The notes below the pieces were generated by a model, which worked only from the letters and a program-made list of their open reading frames with translations, was not told the origin of the DNA and did no database searches. From Macrostomum lignano (taxonomy: Eukaryota): 64,000 nt of DNA. Every line of letters begins with the position of its first letter. Positions within the stretch are counted from its first letter, which is position 1. Positions 60,112 to 64,000 of the stretch are shown in pieces. Both the position numbers and the translations under genes were made by a program. Location of the stretch: positions 57,364 to 121,363 of the forward strand of contig NIVC01003065.1 in the NCBI GenBank assembly GCA_002269645.1. The letters are read 5' to 3'.

Positions 60112-61089
60112 ATGCTTCGTCGAAAATTGGAATACGAAGTAAGGCTCAATGAGACTTTTTCACAGACGCATGCAGCGCGTTCAAGGAGTGTCAATAATAT
60201 TCCGTGGGGCCGGTTGCTGTGCCTGCTTATTTTACTGCTAATCTACGCCTACATCTTGCATACTGTTGAAGTCTTTCACATTGGAAGTTTGTCCATTACA
60301 AATACTACTACTGGGCCTGATGCTGATACTACTTCCAGTAGGACCGGTGGTAAAAGTAGTAGCGGCACAAGCAGTGGCAGCAAAAGTTCCAGCAGCAGCG
60401 GCAGTTCACTGCCTGCCTTCTGTCCTGCATCCTGTATTCGAGAAGCAGTTGAGAGCAGACTCGCTGCGGAGTTTCCCGCCCAGTCCGAACTTCTCTGGCC
60501 GACAATTGCATCTTGCCTGATCCGCCAGTTCGGCTCGCCACCGCCTGTGGACGCTCCGTCTGTGCTGCTGCTTTTCAACGGGGCCGGAGACATGAGTTCG
60601 GCAACGAAGAGAACTTTAAACTTGCTAATAAACCGCCTGTCCCACTTGCTTGCTTCTGGCATCGGTGAATGCAAATGCCGCTCCATGACGGCTCCTGATG
60701 CTGCCGGCTGCATCGAAGTCGACGCCAAGACGGCCGCCACCACCGAAGCGATTGACGCGGCAGCCACCGAGGCGGCAAGATCAAAGAGAAGCTGTCTGGC
60801 TATTCGCCGCATTGACCAGCTGACCGGACCGGCCTCTTTGATCTTCTATCGACTTGCCGACTTGAGCGAAGCTCCGCACAGACCGTTTCTGTACGTTCTG
60901 ACTGTAGAGGGCGACGCTGGAGGCGAGAAGGTCATCGACGAGACGAGCTTGCAGCGTCAGTTGCGTCAGACTTGGGTGTCAAGCGGCCTTCAGAATGAGC
61001 AGTTTGATCCGTTGTGGGCTCGCATTGGCGGCAACGTGGTGGCTGTGCTTCCAGAGTCTGAAAACAATTTGAGACAGCTGTCACGTTGA
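60112..61089 (+). CDS. TOR1AIP: LAP1/LULL1-family paralogue 3 with very short N-terminus, 325 aa
   Basis: TM LLCLLILLLIYAYIL comes after ~33 aa, then a Ser/Thr linker and the luminal domain with LWARI. Confidence 0.85.
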   Translation: MLRRKLEYEVRLNETFSQTHAARSRSVNNIPWGRLLCLLILLLIYAYILHTVEVFHIGSLSITNTTTGPDADTTSSRTGGKSSSGTSSGSKSSSSSGSSLPAFCPASCIREAVESRLAAEFPAQSELLWPTIASCLIRQFGSPPPVDAPSVLLLFNGAGDMSSATKRTLNLLINRLSHLLASGIGECKCRSMTAPDAAGCIEVDAKTAATTEAIDAAATEAARSKRSCLAIRRIDQLTGPASLIFYRLADLSEAPHRPFLYVLTVEGDAGGEKVIDETSLQRQLRQTWVSSGLQNEQFDPLWARIGGNVVAVLPESENNLRQLSR

Positions 61090-61959
61090 TAGCAGATTTA
61101 TGACATCTAGTACGTGCAGAGGCGTCGTAACGGACAGGACACCTCTGCAAAGAATAATGCTGGTATTTATAAATTTAAAAAAATGGGCTATGGCCTATCT
61201 TCCTTCGTACTTGTAAAATCATTTATTCAGAATTTCTTTACATTAAAGTACTAACTAAATCACGCCTTCGACGCTAAAATGAGTGCCAGAAAGCAAAAAG
61301 ATGACTCTACGCTCTATGATAATAAGTAATATATTTTGTACTTTGCTCCGTTATCGTGAAATGTGTAGCGAAAATTCGCGGTGCACCCATAAGTTTTTCA
61401 GATTGAAAACTCTTGTTTTTAGCTTTTATGCAATACAGGTAATCGGATTCGTAAAATCTAACTGCCCTTACATTACTTTTATGGCTGTGAAATGCTTCCT
61501 TTGGCATGTATGCGTCATTAATCAATGTGTATTTTGGTAAACGATAATGTTTTTAACATTCTCTTCTACCATTCAAACAGTGTGGTAGTTGAAATGTCTG
61601 TTGTTATTTGCTTTACAACTGCTAGTCTGTATGGCAGTGACCTGTCGATTTTTTGCGAGCGAATATTACTCATCGAGGATCTGGTTTTAGATAAAATACC
61701 TAGATACCGACAGACCATTTTTAGTATATGGATTCGTTTGTCTTAATTATAGTTTTAAAATATACAAGCTAGTCGCTTCCGTGTTGTTTTACTAGGAGTT
61801 AATTATTTCAATCATTTTTATACGTTCATACGGTCAAATGAAATTTAGCTTCACGTTAATCACGTAGTTGTATTTCATAGATAGCCTTATTAATGGTACC
61901 TCGTAAAAATCATGCATTGAACTTAAGAAAAAAGCTTGATAGATAGCACTACTTCTTAT

Positions 61960-62290
61960 TTAGACTTGGCTGCAGTGGGTTCCAGACATCCATCGCCGCC
62001 CATTCCGCTAAATCCTGGCGACCACGGGCAGCTGGTGCTGCTGTGTCTGCACTGCGGTCCCCTTCCGGAGAGTCCAGGGGGTGGATAGTCGCTCGCGCCG
62101 GTAACCCTTAGGTAGCGGACCAGCTGGCAGAGATTCTCGGGCCTGAAAACGTCGGAGAGGTCCGGATTTAGGTTCAGGTGAGATGAGCCTGTCCTGAGTA
62201 AAGGCGGGGGCAGTCACGGATGAAGTGCTCCGCATTCTCGACGCCGGAGTCAGAATAGGCGTTCCTTGCTACAGATTTTTCCCTGGAGGT
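61960..62290 (-). mobile_element. Possible 3' fragment of a non-LTR retrotransposon
   Basis: GC-rich island. The minus frame [14 protein letters not shown] resembles the C-terminal E...H....CP zinc knuckle of LINE ORF2, followed by a putative 3' UTR ending AAGTCTAAATAAGAAG. Confidence 0.4.
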
Positions 62291-62419
62291 GATGATGCCT
62301 GGCAAAACAGATAGCACTAAGACTTCGGGTTCAATTTTGATAGATTCGGTTTTTGCATAGCTCAATAGTGCATAGCTCCAACCATCAAACTGTTACAATA
62401 TTGTCATTCGCATATTTTC

Positions 62420-63700
62420 ATGCAGTCGGACAAATCCAACACGGCAAAATCGCCCTTAACGGCGGCGGTGGCATCAAAGACAACTAAACCGACACCAACG
62501 TCTCCATCTGCGCCTGGCGACGATGTCAGAGCCCGATCTAGACAAGCCTACATTTCACAAAAGCATCGCGAACAAAATGACAGCGCCAATAATATGTCAA
62601 CAACGTCAAATCCAGCAGGGGGCGACACCGCCGCCGGAGATTCGGTTGAAGTGAACGGGTCCAGAGTTGACAACGATATCTCTAACGAGATGGAGCAGCT
62701 AACAGTGTCCGATCCTAGCGATCATTTTGGCTCGTCGAGAACCGACAGCTCCGTGGATTCTTTGTCAACGTTTGGCAGTCCGAACCGACTGTACCCTGAC
62801 CTGTCGGCCTATGGCTACGGTACGGAGTCGATGGCCTCTCCAAGCCCGTCGCCAAGTCAGCGTCGGGGCAAAGTTCCTCCTCGGTACCGCGAGAGAAAAT
62901 CCGCACAGGAAGAAAACGAATCAAAGTGCTTATATATTGTTATAGGCTTACTCGTAGTTGTTTTTGCCTACATTCTTGGCGCACGGGCCTTCTTAACAAG
63001 TGGTAGCAAACACACAAGCAATTGTACTCTAGTTTGTATCAAAACTGTCGTACAGAGAGATCTAGCTGGCAAATTTCCCGCCCAATCGGCTCGTCTTTGG
63101 TCCACAATATCAGCCTGTCTGACTCGCCAGTACGGCTCATCTACACCCGTTGACGCACCGTCAGTGCTGATGCTGTTCAGCAGAGGCGTTGGCAGCGGCG
63201 GCGTCGCCTCCTCCCAGCTGACGCTGAACTTTCTGGTTGGCCGACTGTCTCGCCTGTTGGCATCTGGCATCGGCGAATGCGGCTGTCGCACTTTTTCGAA
63301 GGCTGAAAAAGACGGCTGCAGCGAAGTCGAAGCCAAGACTGCCGCCACTACCGAATTGATTGACGCGGCAGCCACCGAGGCGGCGAGATCAAAGAGAAGC
63401 TGTCTGGCTATTCACCGCATCGACCAGCTGACTGGGCCGGCCTCTTTGATCTTCTATCGCCTTGCCGACTCGACCGAAGCTCCGCACAGACCGTTTCTGT
63501 ACATTCTGACTGTGGAGGGCGACGCTGCAGGCGAGAAGGTCGTCGACGAGACGAGCTTGCAGCGTCAGTTGCGTCAGACTTGGGTGTCAACTGGCCTTCA
63601 GACTGAGCACTTTGATCCCATGTGGGCTCGCATTGGCGGCAACGTGGTGGCTGTGCTTCCAGAGTCTGATGACACTCTACACCAGCTGTCGCGAAGTTAA
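62420..63700 (+). CDS. TOR1AIP: LAP1/LULL1-family paralogue 4 with Ser/Pro-rich N-terminus, 426 aa
   Basis: TM CLYIVIGLLVVVFAYILG, then the luminal domain with KFPAQSARLW, LIFYRLAD and MWARIGGNVVAVLPE. Confidence 0.85.
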   Translation: MQSDKSNTAKSPLTAAVASKTTKPTPTSPSAPGDDVRARSRQAYISQKHREQNDSANNMSTTSNPAGGDTAAGDSVEVNGSRVDNDISNEMEQLTVSDPSDHFGSSRTDSSVDSLSTFGSPNRLYPDLSAYGYGTESMASPSPSPSQRRGKVPPRYRERKSAQEENESKCLYIVIGLLVVVFAYILGARAFLTSGSKHTSNCTLVCIKTVVQRDLAGKFPAQSARLWSTISACLTRQYGSSTPVDAPSVLMLFSRGVGSGGVASSQLTLNFLVGRLSRLLASGIGECGCRTFSKAEKDGCSEVEAKTAATTELIDAAATEAARSKRSCLAIHRIDQLTGPASLIFYRLADSTEAPHRPFLYILTVEGDAAGEKVVDETSLQRQLRQTWVSTGLQTEHFDPMWARIGGNVVAVLPESDDTLHQLSRS

Positions 63701-63864
63701 AACATGAAAGCTTTGTAGTGTGAGGAGGGATAAACAGCTACTTTTCATGGATTGATATTTTGTTAATTTAGTGGCCGTTCGCTTACTGCCTACTGCTTGA
63801 TATCAGCGTTTAACAGTAGGCCAGTTTGTCTATTGGCTTTTTTCGTAACATTTTTTATACCAAC

Positions 63865-64000
63865 CGACAGATACTAGAATAACAGATGGGCACCAGCAGA
63901 CACATTTGCGTGTAAGCTACTTTCGTTCAGTAGCAATTTAAACTGAAGCATTTTAATGTATTTTTAAAGCAGTTCATTTATTGCTCTTACCCCCCACTTA
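63865..64000. mobile_element. Second copy of the 53396 MITE (cut by window end)
   Basis: ACAGATACTAGAATAACAGATGGG..CACATTTGCGTGTAAGCTACTTT..GTTCAGTAG...GCATTTTAATGTATTTTTAAAGC...GCTCTTACCCCC is colinear with 53398-53520. Confidence 0.8.

Noticed and set aside
57181-63590. Recurrent antisense ORFs (MRRIARQLLF..., MTPKSDATD...) in each LAP copy
   Set aside because: Shadow ORFs of GC-rich, homogenised coding sequence; their recurrence simply reflects paralogy.

Overview
Eukaryotic, intron-rich metazoan DNA; a flatworm such as Macrostomum is plausible but is inference from style only. There are no prokaryotic features. The genes form two divergent, co-oriented clusters. On the minus strand are CCDC103/DNAAF19 (2 exons), an 18-19-exon anoctamin/TMEM16 (about 1020-1040 aa, hand-assembled with all splice phases consistent) and the first two coding exons of a TMEM106 homologue. 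On the plus strand are a PHD-finger exon, a PWWP2-like gene, an ENT (EMSY N-terminal) domain exon lacking its own ATG, and a tandem array of four intronless LAP1/LULL1 (TOR1AIP)-type torsin-activator paralogues. Those four share near-identical arginine-finger ends but have unrelated N-terminal domains. Introns and spacers hold more than 20 satellite, minisatellite and microsatellite arrays. They also hold an RTE LINE, a Penelope-like element with a decayed hammerhead, an R2/NeSL-like RT relic, a deleted mariner inserted in a minisatellite, two CORE-like tRNA SINEs and several MITEs. All family assignments come from motif recall, not database searches.
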